27,064 nucleotides of DNA from a virus (Duplodnaviria > Caudoviricetes). Shown piece after piece: positions 7,049-15,863 of this stretch. The position numbers and the translations under genes were made by a program. Positions within the stretch are counted from its first letter, which is position 1; every line of letters begins with the position of its first letter. The notes beneath the pieces are model-generated. The model made no database searches and had not been told where the DNA came from. It worked only from the letters and a program-made list of their open reading frames with translations. The DNA lies in IMG/VR virus record IMGVR_UViG_3300042348_000112, positions 1 to 27,064 of that record; one strand, given 5' to 3'.

Positions 7049-8244
7049 TGCCGGCAAAAGAGCAGGAGAAGTTCATCCGAACCACGGCCGTAAATAAGGT
7101 CCGTGAGTTAAAGCGGTTCGTCAAAGGGGTACAAGGCGGCTCGTCCGCATCCAAGACGTACTCCATCCTTGCCGTTGAGATTGACCATTGCACGAAGAAT
7201 CCGTACACGGAAACGAGCGTCGTAGCCGAGTCCATCCCACACCTGAAGCGTGGGGCCATGAGGGACTTCATGAAGATTATGACCGTTACAGGGCGGTTCA
7301 ATGCTGCCCGATGGAACGCCACCGACTTTCGGTACAAGTTCGCTAACGGGTCTTACATCGAGTTCTTTTCGGCTGACGACGACTCCAAGTTAAGGGGTGC
7401 AAGGAGGGACAGGCTCTACATGAACGAGGCCAACAACCTATCCTTCCACGCTTACACGGAATTGGCTGCAAGGACCAAGCAGTCGGTCATCCTTGACTGG
7501 AACCCGGTCAACGAGTTTTGGTTCCATTCCGAACTGATGCAAGACGAGGACGTGGACTTCCTCATTCTAACCTACAAGGACAACGAAGCCTGCCCCAAGA
7601 GTGCGAGGGACTTCATCGAGAAAGCGAGGGTCAAGGCTGAATCTTCGGAGTATTGGGCGAACTGGTACAAGGTGTACGGCCTCGGTCAGGTCGGGACGCT
7701 TCAGGGGGCCATCTACGAGGACTTCGAGGTCGTGGAGGGTATCGATGTCAGCCGAGCCAAATTCGTCGCCCTTGGGCTTGACTGGGGCTTTAGCAACGAC
7801 CCTACGGCCTTGGTCGCCATCTACCGCCAAGGGGACTGCCTGCTGATTCAGGAACTGCTCTACGCAACAGGCCTTACCAACCAAGACATCGCAGATAAGT
7901 TGCGGTCCTTGGGCATCACAAGGGCTTGGGAAATCGTGGCGGATTCAGCAGAACCCAAGAGCATCGAGGAAATCTACCGACTTGGTTTCAATATCAAGCC
8001 AGCAGAGAAAGGTCCCGATTCGGTCAGGAACGGGATAGACATCCTGAAACGCTTTAAGTTGCAGGTAACCAAGGATAGCACCAACCTGATCAAGGAACTG
8101 CGGTCCTACACTTGGGCGACCGACAAGGAAGGCAAAAACACGGGGGTCCCTATCGATTCCTTCAACCACGCCTGCGATGCTATGCGGTATGTGGCCCTTA
8201 ACAAGTTACGGGTCAGTAACTCAGGGAAGTATGTTGTGGTTTAA
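7048..8244 (+). CDS. terL: Terminase large subunit, PBSX family
   Basis: Walker A QGGSSASKT, LRGARRD, Walker B YMNEAN, DWNP, nuclease motifs GLDWGFSNDPTA, ADSAEP and NHACDAMRY. Confidence 0.95.
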   Translation: MPAKEQEKFIRTTAVNKVRELKRFVKGVQGGSSASKTYSILAVEIDHCTKNPYTETSVVAESIPHLKRGAMRDFMKIMTVTGRFNAARWNATDFRYKFANGSYIEFFSADDDSKLRGARRDRLYMNEANNLSFHAYTELAARTKQSVILDWNPVNEFWFHSELMQDEDVDFLILTYKDNEACPKSARDFIEKARVKAESSEYWANWYKVYGLGQVGTLQGAIYEDFEVVEGIDVSRAKFVALGLDWGFSNDPTALVAIYRQGDCLLIQELLYATGLTNQDIADKLRSLGITRAWEIVADSAEPKSIEEIYRLGFNIKPAEKGPDSVRNGIDILKRFKLQVTKDSTNLIKELRSYTWATDKEGKNTGVPIDSFNHACDAMRYVALNKLRVSNSGKYVVV

Positions 8245-8249
8245 CTTTG
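8242..8249 (+). promoter_or_regulatory. Possible Bacteroidota -7 promoter element upstream of the glycosylation cluster
   Basis: TAACTTTG is an exact TAnnTTTG match in the gap after terL; no clear -33 element. Confidence 0.4.
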
Positions 8250-8295
8250 CGGTACTAAACCCCTAAACAATATGAAAGATTTTATTACTGCCTAA

Positions 8296-8397
8296 ATGAA
8301 CCCCGAACGCATCCTTGACCTGCTCATCGAAATCGGCAAGACGCTTGCAGCCATTTTCTTCATCATCACCCTTCTAACCCTCCTTTGGACCTTATGA
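8296..8397 (+). CDS. Small single-pass membrane protein (33 aa)
   Basis: MNPERILDLLIEIGKTLAAIFFIITLLTLLWTL, translated by hand; ATGA overlap with the next gene. Confidence 0.55.
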   Translation: MNPERILDLLIEIGKTLAAIFFIITLLTLLWTL

Positions 8398-9047
8398 AAG
8401 TCGTTCACTACTACCACATCTACTGCGGAGGGAATTGGCAGTTAATCCTCAACCAGCACATGATGGCGGTCTGCAATTACGGCCTCATCAATGTCTTGGA
8501 TGAGATAAGGGTCGGCATTGTCGGTCCACCCGAACAACGCAAGGCGGTCAAGGAGGTGCTGGAGAACTCGATGGTGGCCGATAAGGTCAAGGTCGTGGTT
8601 ACCCGAACCAACGCTTGGGAGCAGGCGACGCTTACCGAGATGTACCGGGCCTCGCAGGAAGAAGAAGCCGTGTACCTGTACGCTCACACGAAGGGGGCTG
8701 CGAATCCATCCTTGACCACCCAACTATGGGGCAGGTCCATGCTATTCTTCAACGTGGTCGCATGGGAGCGGTCCATGCAAATGCTGGAGGGGGTCGATGC
8801 CGTAGGATGTCATTGGATAACCAAAGAGCAGTTCCCTCACATGGCGGACCACAACAACCCCGAAGGCTATCCGTACTTCGGGGGCAACTTTTGGTGGGCC
8901 AAGTCAAGCCACATCAAAGAACTGGGCGAACCTGCAAGGGACCATCGATTCCGAGCAGAAACTTGGGTTGGCAAGAAGCCCGACACCAAGGTCTTTGATT
9001 CCAACCCCGGCTGGCCTTCGCCCGAACGCTTTGTCATAACTTTTTAG
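8394..9047 (+). CDS. Putative glycosyltransferase-like protein (LYxHTKG / GNFWWA type)
   Basis: VYLYAHTKG, YFGGNFWWAKSSHI and R..AE.W motifs reminiscent of RgpF-like/viral glycan-synthesis proteins; start at the ATGA overlap at 8394. Confidence 0.5.
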   Translation: MKVVHYYHIYCGGNWQLILNQHMMAVCNYGLINVLDEIRVGIVGPPEQRKAVKEVLENSMVADKVKVVVTRTNAWEQATLTEMYRASQEEEAVYLYAHTKGAANPSLTTQLWGRSMLFFNVVAWERSMQMLEGVDAVGCHWITKEQFPHMADHNNPEGYPYFGGNFWWAKSSHIKELGEPARDHRFRAETWVGKKPDTKVFDSNPGWPSPERFVITF

Positions 9048-9048
9048 C

Positions 9049-9558
9049 ATGAAAAAACACATCGACCAACTCAAAGCCTTGGACTACTCGCACATTTACA
9101 CGACTGCGGTAGAGCATATCATTGAAATCTACGAGGAAGCCAAGAAGCACAAGGGAGGCCACGCTTTGGAACTCGGTTCCTACCTCGGACACTCGACGCT
9201 CGCTATCGCCTTGGCTGGGCTTGACGTGGTGGTTTACGACACCGATACAACGGTTGAGGATAAACGCAAAGCCCTGCTATCGCAGTTCAAGGTCGAATGG
9301 AACAACCAACCGAGCCACATGGCCCTGCAAGAGGTCAGGACGTTTGACTTCATCTTTCACGATTCCGACCACGGGGACGGCATGATTCCCGAAATGGTTG
9401 CCTTGTTCAACAAAGCCCTCAACCCCGGTGGGACGATGCTCATCCATGATGCCGAACTGCTGACGATGGTCAACCTTACGAGCCAACTGCAGCCACACGA
9501 AGCCAAGGGGTCAACCGACCAAAGAGGCAGGATGCTTTTAACCATCTACAAAAAATGA
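9049..9558 (+). CDS. Class I SAM-dependent methyltransferase (Methyltransf_24-like)
   Basis: LELGSYLGHS (motif I), FDFIFHDSDH and LNPGGTMLIHD. Confidence 0.85.
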   Translation: MKKHIDQLKALDYSHIYTTAVEHIIEIYEEAKKHKGGHALELGSYLGHSTLAIALAGLDVVVYDTDTTVEDKRKALLSQFKVEWNNQPSHMALQEVRTFDFIFHDSDHGDGMIPEMVALFNKALNPGGTMLIHDAELLTMVNLTSQLQPHEAKGSTDQRGRMLLTIYKK

Positions 9559-10178
9559 AGGCAAAAACTTACATCTTCTGCCACGATACCGACATCGTGA
9601 AGCAATGCGAAGCCGAGGGGAGGTTCAAGGACTTAGCCCCCTACACTTGGGTCATGCTTGGGTTCAAGGACTTCGATGGCATGGCTGGCCTTGACCATAT
9701 CGTTGCAAGGAACGAACCCGACAACATCGAGAGCCATCGCAACCTCGTCGCTTGGACTGGATGGTATGCTTTAGCCAAGAACGGCTACATCAAGAACGGA
9801 GATGTCGTGAACCTGTTCGAGTACGACCTCACCAAGACAGGCGACTTTGACCAACGGGCTTACTGCGCCTATTTCCGAGTCCCTGTTGACGTTGTGCCTT
9901 ACTGGTCGTGTGGCGATAACTACGAGCCACACATCAAGCAACTGACTGGAAGGGGTGCAAAGGAATTCTATCAACCCGTCGTGCCTGTAACTTCCAATTA
10001 CACGCTGACTTGGGACGATTCCTACCTTGACCTAACCGTCGCTTGCATTGAGCAAAAGTTGGTGGCTATTCCCCACGTCGGCCACATTTTAGAACGAGCC
10101 TACTCGCAGAGGTTTGCTGACATCCCTTACAACGTGGCTGCATTCAAGCACGCCTTCGCCAACTCTCACGGGTTCTAA
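9555..10178 (+). CDS. Hypothetical protein, possibly a GT-A fold glycosyltransferase
   Basis: IFCH N-terminus, LFEYD (DxD-like position) and GHILER motif; lies within the transferase cluster. Confidence 0.45.
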   Translation: MKAKTYIFCHDTDIVKQCEAEGRFKDLAPYTWVMLGFKDFDGMAGLDHIVARNEPDNIESHRNLVAWTGWYALAKNGYIKNGDVVNLFEYDLTKTGDFDQRAYCAYFRVPVDVVPYWSCGDNYEPHIKQLTGRGAKEFYQPVVPVTSNYTLTWDDSYLDLTVACIEQKLVAIPHVGHILERAYSQRFADIPYNVAAFKHAFANSHGF

Positions 10179-10179
10179 G

Positions 10180-10788
10180 ATGTACTTGGTCGGGGTTAAT
10201 TACGCAACGAGTGAATACCTTCCAGCAGCGAGGGCGCAGGCTAATCAGTACCCTTTCCCGATTACAACAACCGAGGACGAGAAACGTCCGGGCAGGGGCA
10301 ACAACTGGTGGAGGTGGAAGCCTCAAATCATCCTTGACGCTCTCTTTGACTTGCAGGAGGACGAAGTTCTGCTTTACCTCGATGCCCAAGACCTGCACGG
10401 GGATGGCTGCTTTGAGTTTGCCAAGCAATACTTGCAAGACAACCCCATCCTGTTGCATCAAAACTTTCACAACCATATCTCATACACGAAGGGCGACTGC
10501 TACGCCTTGATGGACTGCCTTCAATTCTTTAACGAGAAGCCGATGCAGATAGAGGCGGGGTTCCTTGGCTTACGCAAGACCGACTTCACGATTGACCTCA
10601 TGTACGAGTGGTCCAAGTGGCTCCACGTTGACAAGGCCGTGAATGACGACCCCAGCGAGTATCCGAACCATCCATCGTTTATTGACCACAGGCACGACCA
10701 AAGCGTCCTGACCAACCTCGCCCTGCTTAACGACCTGCCTATGGTCGTCGTTCCCGAAATCCGTTGCAACACAAGACCCAAACTATGA
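10180..10788 (+). CDS. Putative nucleotide-diphospho-sugar transferase (GT-A; DUF1647-like)
   Basis: W.WKPQII, LLYLDAQD and HRHDQSVL motifs; ATG at 10180 is 1 nt after the upstream stop. Confidence 0.7.
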   Translation: MYLVGVNYATSEYLPAARAQANQYPFPITTTEDEKRPGRGNNWWRWKPQIILDALFDLQEDEVLLYLDAQDLHGDGCFEFAKQYLQDNPILLHQNFHNHISYTKGDCYALMDCLQFFNEKPMQIEAGFLGLRKTDFTIDLMYEWSKWLHVDKAVNDDPSEYPNHPSFIDHRHDQSVLTNLALLNDLPMVVVPEIRCNTRPKL

Positions 10789-11354
10789 AACTCCAAGACC
10801 TGACCATCGACCAGTTCCAGCGCATCGGAGCCATTGAGTTTTCCAGCGTCCTTGGGGACTACGACAAGCGTGCAGGGGTCGTCGCAATCGTTGAGGGGGT
10901 CGATATATCACTCGTGAGGGAAATGCCCGCCAAGAGCGTCCTAAAGCGTTACAAGGCCATTATCAGCGAGTGGAACGCATTGCCTGCCCTTGGGTACAAG
11001 CGAAAGTTCAAAGCCGGGGGCAAGTGGTGGATTCCAACGGTCTTCACGGATGAACTCACGGCCGGGCAGTTGATTGAGTTAATGGACGCAAACACGACCG
11101 ACGAAAAACAACTCCTGCAAAACCTTCACCGAATCATGGCGACCCTGTGCAGAGAGGGCGGTCTATTCGGATTATTCCCGAAAAAGTACGACGGGGCTGC
11201 CCATGCGGAGCGAGCCGAACTGATGAAGAAGCACGCCAAGGTGGGCGATGTTTGGGGGGTTGTCAGTTTTTTTTTGTTAAGTTCCGAACCCTACTTGAAA
11301 GTTTTGAGCGACTATTCCAAGCACCTGATGAAGACGGCCGAGGGGCTGACGTAA
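10785..11354 (+). CDS. Putative tail assembly chaperone (gpG-like, unshifted product)
   Basis: LTIDQFQ and DELTAGQLIEL repeated motif, NLHRIMATL; T9 slippery run near the 3' end; first gene of the tail block. Confidence 0.6.
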   Translation: MKLQDLTIDQFQRIGAIEFSSVLGDYDKRAGVVAIVEGVDISLVREMPAKSVLKRYKAIISEWNALPALGYKRKFKAGGKWWIPTVFTDELTAGQLIELMDANTTDEKQLLQNLHRIMATLCREGGLFGLFPKKYDGAAHAERAELMKKHAKVGDVWGVVSFFLLSSEPYLKVLSDYSKHLMKTAEGLT

Positions 11355-11530
11355 GCCCGCTTGCCGGGTACGGTTGGCTTATGGTGGTGTGGCGGATGGC
11401 AAACAAGGACGTGCTGAAATTCGATGCCATCTTTGCGATGAAGGCGGTGGAGTTCCTGAACTATGCGCTCCTGATTCACGACATCTTGGAAGCCGAACGG
11501 ATGGAAGCGGAGCGAGCAAGGCGCAGATAG
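11273..11530 (+). CDS. -1 frameshift extension of the chaperone (gpGT-like C-terminal part)
   Basis: The -1 frame is open from the T run to TAG at 11530 (FVKFRTLLESFERLF...YGWLMVVWRMANKDVLKFDAI) and fills the gap to the next gene. Confidence 0.6.
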   Translation, partial: FVKFRTLLESFERLFQAPDEDGRGADVSPLAGYGWLMVVWRMANKDVLKFDAIFAMKAVEFLNYALLIHDILEAERMEAERARRR

Positions 11531-11547
11531 ACACTATCCGGCACGGG

Positions 11548-11558
11548 GGACATTTACC
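11548..11558 (+). promoter_or_regulatory. Putative phage late-promoter element GGACATTTACC
   Basis: Identical 11-mer at 17525; the ACATTTAC core also precedes the genes at 21497 and 25856. Confidence 0.55.
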
Positions 11559-11561
11559 CAC

Positions 11562-12161
11562 ATGGAGTTCAACGTCTTTGTAGGAGGGTCAGGCAAGAAA
11601 CTGACCGACATCCAAAAGGAGGCCCTTGCTGACTTTGGTGTAGCCCTCGAAGATGGGGCCATTGAGAACAAGTCCCACGCCTTAGTGGTCAAGTGGCTGG
11701 AAGGGGTGGTCCGCCTTGCAAAGCAGAACCTTGCCAAGTCGAACGCCATCGCAAGCAACGCCCTTTCGCAGTCCATCACGGTTACCCCTATATCCCTTAA
11801 CGACCAGTCCTTCGTTGTTGCTATTGAGGCAGCGGATTATTGGAAGTTTGTGGACCTCGGTGTCAAGGGTGCAAACTCAACCAAACGTGCGCCTAACTCG
11901 CCGTTTCAATACCGGGACAAGCGTCCACCTATCCGCCCGATTCAGGAGTGGATTGCGTTTAAGGGCATTCCGTTGGAAGGCCGGGACAAGAAGGCAGCAA
12001 ACAGGTCCTTTGCCATCAACATCGCCAACAAGATTCGGAGGGAAGGTCTGAGAGCGACCAACTTTATGAGCAACGCAGTAAGCCCCGAAATGATAGAGGT
12101 CTTGACTGAGAATATCGCAGAGGTCCTTGGCAAATCCATAAGCGTAGCAACAACAAGATAA
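11562..12161 (+). CDS. Putative neck/tail completion protein (HK97 gp10-like)
   Basis: AS..LSQSI, YWKFVDLGVKG, PPIRPIQEWI and I.REGLRATNFM motifs; basic protein. Confidence 0.6.
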   Translation: MEFNVFVGGSGKKLTDIQKEALADFGVALEDGAIENKSHALVVKWLEGVVRLAKQNLAKSNAIASNALSQSITVTPISLNDQSFVVAIEAADYWKFVDLGVKGANSTKRAPNSPFQYRDKRPPIRPIQEWIAFKGIPLEGRDKKAANRSFAINIANKIRREGLRATNFMSNAVSPEMIEVLTENIAEVLGKSISVATTR

Positions 12162-12162
12162 A

Positions 12163-13461
12163 ATGGCAACAACCGTCCTTTCAGGGTCGCCCCAAGTGGC
12201 AACCCCCGTTTACAACAAGATGCTCTTTAAGGTCAGCGGTTCGCTGATTGCACAACCGAACTACCGCTACGTCTGCGATGTCAAGAACCCAGCAGGGACC
12301 ACCCTTGCACGGTTGAAGTGCGACAAACTGCCCAGCACCAACTTCGGCTTCTTTGACGTTGCCAAGGTCGTTGAAACGCTGATTGCCCCGACTAAGCCAT
12401 CGCTTACCCAAACGGGTTTCGTGGATCATGCCGGGTACTATTCGGGTTACAGGCTTGACTTCATGGAGGAATACGGCAACACCCCTGTCGTGCAGACGGG
12501 AACGGTTACCACCGTCAGCGGGGTCATGGGGTTTGCGGGGAACTTGGAGCAGTTGGAGTTCCAATCCTACAATTCTGCGACTCGATTCCCTTCGGGTACG
12601 CTTTTGGGTAGTTTGGCTTTGACCACCCCGACCCGATTCGTATGGCATTCCAATACCGAGGCGAGGTGGCTCGCCCAAGGGAAGGGGACAACAACGGCCA
12701 ACTTTGACAAAGCCCTGATTCGCTACTACACGGCCGGGGGTACGTTGGTCCGAGAGTACACGGTCAATAACGGCCAACCATCGGTGCAGCAAGTCGTCCG
12801 CTTTGGTGCAGGGCCGTCCAATATCCGGGCATTGACTTCGGGCCAAGCCAGCGACGGGTTCAGCGGTGAGTACCTATTCCCGTCCAATGAAGGCGAATAC
12901 TACACCATCGCCTTCGGGGACTCCGCTTGGAACGACTTTAACCAACGCTGCGATGCGGATGGAGCCGACCCAGCCGAAAGTTCATTCTGCTTGGAGGAAC
13001 GATTCAACGAACTATACGAGGACAACTACGACAACTTCGGGCAAGAGTACGCCTATACGAAGGGTCTTTGCGAGCGTTTTAACTCCATCCCGGTTCACTT
13101 CCAAAACAAGTGGGGCGGGCTTGATGCGTATGTCTTCACATTGAAGAACCGCAAGAGGGCCAACATTACCCGGCAGACGTTCGGGTACAACTCGGACGTT
13201 TACGCAACCACCACCTACGACAAGGTGTGGGCAGGGGAGTTCGACTACGTTTACGCCCTCAACTCGGACTGGCTGACCGATGCCGAGTCTGCTTGGCTAA
13301 TTGAGATGGTCAGGTCCGGGCAGGTATGGCTTGAACTGGATGGGCAGTTGGTTGAAGCCATCGTGAACGCCAACACCTACCAATTCACGACTCGCAGGAA
13401 CGACCGCCTGACTCAGTTGCAGGTCGAGGTTGCCGTGGCTTACAAGAACAACATCCTATGA
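12163..13461 (+). CDS. Virion structural (tail/baseplate) protein
   Basis: Beta-rich; C-terminal F.NKWGG.D.Y.F...LNSDWL..ES.WL.E...S..VW motif; tail-gene context. Confidence 0.65.
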   Translation: MATTVLSGSPQVATPVYNKMLFKVSGSLIAQPNYRYVCDVKNPAGTTLARLKCDKLPSTNFGFFDVAKVVETLIAPTKPSLTQTGFVDHAGYYSGYRLDFMEEYGNTPVVQTGTVTTVSGVMGFAGNLEQLEFQSYNSATRFPSGTLLGSLALTTPTRFVWHSNTEARWLAQGKGTTTANFDKALIRYYTAGGTLVREYTVNNGQPSVQQVVRFGAGPSNIRALTSGQASDGFSGEYLFPSNEGEYYTIAFGDSAWNDFNQRCDADGADPAESSFCLEERFNELYEDNYDNFGQEYAYTKGLCERFNSIPVHFQNKWGGLDAYVFTLKNRKRANITRQTFGYNSDVYATTTYDKVWAGEFDYVYALNSDWLTDAESAWLIEMVRSGQVWLELDGQLVEAIVNANTYQFTTRRNDRLTQLQVEVAVAYKNNIL

Positions 13462-15857
13462 GCGTAACCCTCATCGCCTACCCTCTCAACGAATCAAACG
13501 CAGAGGTCCCCTACGTCCTTGACACCATGGGCGAAATCGACATCGCCCTGACGTTCAGCGTGGAGGACATTGCCGACATCACTAAGCGAAGGGGTTCTTT
13601 TTCCAAGACCATCACGTTGCCTAATACGACGACAAATCGGGACTGCTTTGGTCATGCCTACAACATCCAGTCCTTTGTGGGTGGATTCCAGCCAAACAAG
13701 AAGATTCGTGCAGCCATGTGGGAGGACGGGGTCCAAGTGTTCAGCGGAGTCCTGCAACTGATTTCCATGTCCAAGATTCGGGGAGAGGTAACCTACGAGG
13801 TTGGCTTGTTCTCGGACGATGTGAGCCTGTTCAAGTCCATTGAGGGCAACCTCCTTGCGACAACGGTTGGGGTAAGCGGAATGAACCACACGCTGACTTC
13901 TGCTCATGTTTCTGCGACTTGGACCGCATCGGGTGCAAGTGGTTACGTTTACGGCTTGGTGGATTCCTACGGATATACCGATGTGGTTACGCAGGGGTGG
14001 TTTGCCGTGCCGTTCTACAAGATGACCCCAAGCATTTATGTGAAGAAGATGGTGGATCTAATCTTCGCACAGGCGGGGTATCGCTACACCTCGGAGTTCT
14101 TCAACTCGGAGCGGTTCGGCAAGTTGGTCATTCCATACGCTGCTGGGGAAGCAATACTGAACTTATCGGGGTCAACGATTTTCGTAGCAAGTACCGGGAC
14201 GATTAGCGCATCGGGAAACATCAACTACACGATGCAGTTCCAAGATGAAACAGGAAGTTATTACGACCGCCCCGGATATTGGGTTCCTTCGTCAAGCACC
14301 TTTGTTGCGCCTTCGTTCCCAACTCGTTGGAACATAACGGTAAATTTTGGGGTAACTGTTGCAGCACCGAGGCCCGTTGCAAATATGAGTATCCGAAACC
14401 TGACCAACTCTACGGATAATCAGGTCATCACGGGCATAAACATATTCTCAAACAACTCGGTTACTTTTCCAAACGTTACCATCCCTGCCAACACAACCGC
14501 AAACATCGGCATCGTTTTCACGACTCCATTTTCGGGAGGTGCTGGCACTATTCTTTCAGGTGCAACAATCCTTTGGGAATGCTTGGAGAACCCTCAAACA
14601 TTGCACACGGTTGACATGAGGACCGCCCTGCCTGCTGACGTGAAGCAGAGCGACCTCTTGCAAGACCTGCAAAAGATGTTCAACCTCTACTTCATGCCGG
14701 ACCCTGCCGACCCGAAGAACCTTATTGTGGAGCCTTGGGTGGACTTCTATTCATCAGGGGTCGTGGACTGGTCGCAGAAATCGGATGAGAATGCCGAGCA
14801 GAACATCACGAACGGGGACCCGAACCAATACAAGACCATCGTGTTCAAGTACAAGGATGCCGGGGACTATTTATCAAAGTTGGATAAATCGAACTACCCG
14901 CTTGCCAAGGAAGGCTACGGAGGGCGAATCTTCACCACCGACAACTTCTACGGCAAAGGCGAGAACGTCGTCGAACTCGCTTGCAGCACTCTAATCCCTG
15001 CGAACTTCACGACTGACAAGGTAATCGGCAGGGCTTGGGACTTGGATGGCTCTGCTTTGTCGGGAACCATCAAGACCTTGCAGAGCGGTTACAGGATAGC
15101 CCAATACAACCTCATCGAAGCCCCGACGACGTGGGCCTACCAGTACGGGGTCAGCGGTTCGGTAGCACTCGCAGAATCGTTGTTGAGCCTGCCCTTTGTC
15201 AGCCACCTTAACAACCCTTACGCAGCAGATTTCGACCTTGCTTTTGGAATCCCCAAGCAGTTGTACTATGCGGTGAATGTCGCCGCAAATAGCGACCCAT
15301 ACGCATACACGAACAACAACCTGTTCAACATCTATTGGTGGAATTTCATCCAAGAAACCGTCAGCCGTGAGGCGATGCAGTTGGAGTTGTCCATCATGCT
15401 CAATGCGGTGGACATCAGCCAACTCGACTTCCGAACCCCTATCTACTACGGAGGGGTCCGTTGGAGGCTGCTTGAGATTCGGGACTACGAGATAGGTCAG
15501 CAGAAGCCTTGCCGGGTAACCCTTCGCAGGATTCTCAACTTGACCGAGTTTGTCCCAAAGCAAATCTACTACTTCCCCTACGACGGCCCTGTCCCTGCAA
15601 CGGATTCGGACTACCCGAACGAAGTCCCCCCGATTCCAACCATCAAAGAACTCCCAGCGGTTGCAGGTCCTCCCGGTGAAACGGGTGCAACAGGTGCGCA
15701 GGGCGACCCCGGTCCAGCAGGTGCAGGGTTCACTCCGGGCGATGCGGCAGGGGACATCAAGTATTGGGATGGAGCCGATTGGGTCAACTTGGGAATAGGA
15801 AACGAAGGTCAGGTCTTGGAGGTTGTGTCGGGATTACCAGCATGGGCAGACAAATAA
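13458..15857 (+). CDS. Large tail (hub/tip) protein with C-terminal collagen-like repeat
   Basis: N-terminal LTFSVEDIADITKRRGSFSKTITLP, Q.DLL..LQKMFNL and C-terminal GPPGETGATGAQGDPGPAGAG. Confidence 0.7.
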   Translation: MSVTLIAYPLNESNAEVPYVLDTMGEIDIALTFSVEDIADITKRRGSFSKTITLPNTTTNRDCFGHAYNIQSFVGGFQPNKKIRAAMWEDGVQVFSGVLQLISMSKIRGEVTYEVGLFSDDVSLFKSIEGNLLATTVGVSGMNHTLTSAHVSATWTASGASGYVYGLVDSYGYTDVVTQGWFAVPFYKMTPSIYVKKMVDLIFAQAGYRYTSEFFNSERFGKLVIPYAAGEAILNLSGSTIFVASTGTISASGNINYTMQFQDETGSYYDRPGYWVPSSSTFVAPSFPTRWNITVNFGVTVAAPRPVANMSIRNLTNSTDNQVITGINIFSNNSVTFPNVTIPANTTANIGIVFTTPFSGGAGTILSGATILWECLENPQTLHTVDMRTALPADVKQSDLLQDLQKMFNLYFMPDPADPKNLIVEPWVDFYSSGVVDWSQKSDENAEQNITNGDPNQYKTIVFKYKDAGDYLSKLDKSNYPLAKEGYGGRIFTTDNFYGKGENVVELACSTLIPANFTTDKVIGRAWDLDGSALSGTIKTLQSGYRIAQYNLIEAPTTWAYQYGVSGSVALAESLLSLPFVSHLNNPYAADFDLAFGIPKQLYYAVNVAANSDPYAYTNNNLFNIYWWNFIQETVSREAMQLELSIMLNAVDISQLDFRTPIYYGGVRWRLLEIRDYEIGQQKPCRVTLRRILNLTEFVPKQIYYFPYDGPVPATDSDYPNEVPPIPTIKELPAVAGPPGETGATGAQGDPGPAGAGFTPGDAAGDIKYWDGADWVNLGIGNEGQVLEVVSGLPAWADK

Positions 15858-15863
15858 AAAACT

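Noticed and set aside
7048-8244. Intron or intein in the terminase (or helicase)
   Set aside because: The ORFs are contiguous, of ordinary length, and show no intein or homing-endonuclease motifs.
9092-9099. Additional ACATTTAC copy
   Set aside because: Inside the methyltransferase CDS, lacks the upstream box, and is not near a gene start; likely chance.
9049-9558. DNA methyltransferase call
   Set aside because: No DPPY/NPPY or PC catalytic motif; it resembles small-molecule/sugar O-methyltransferases.
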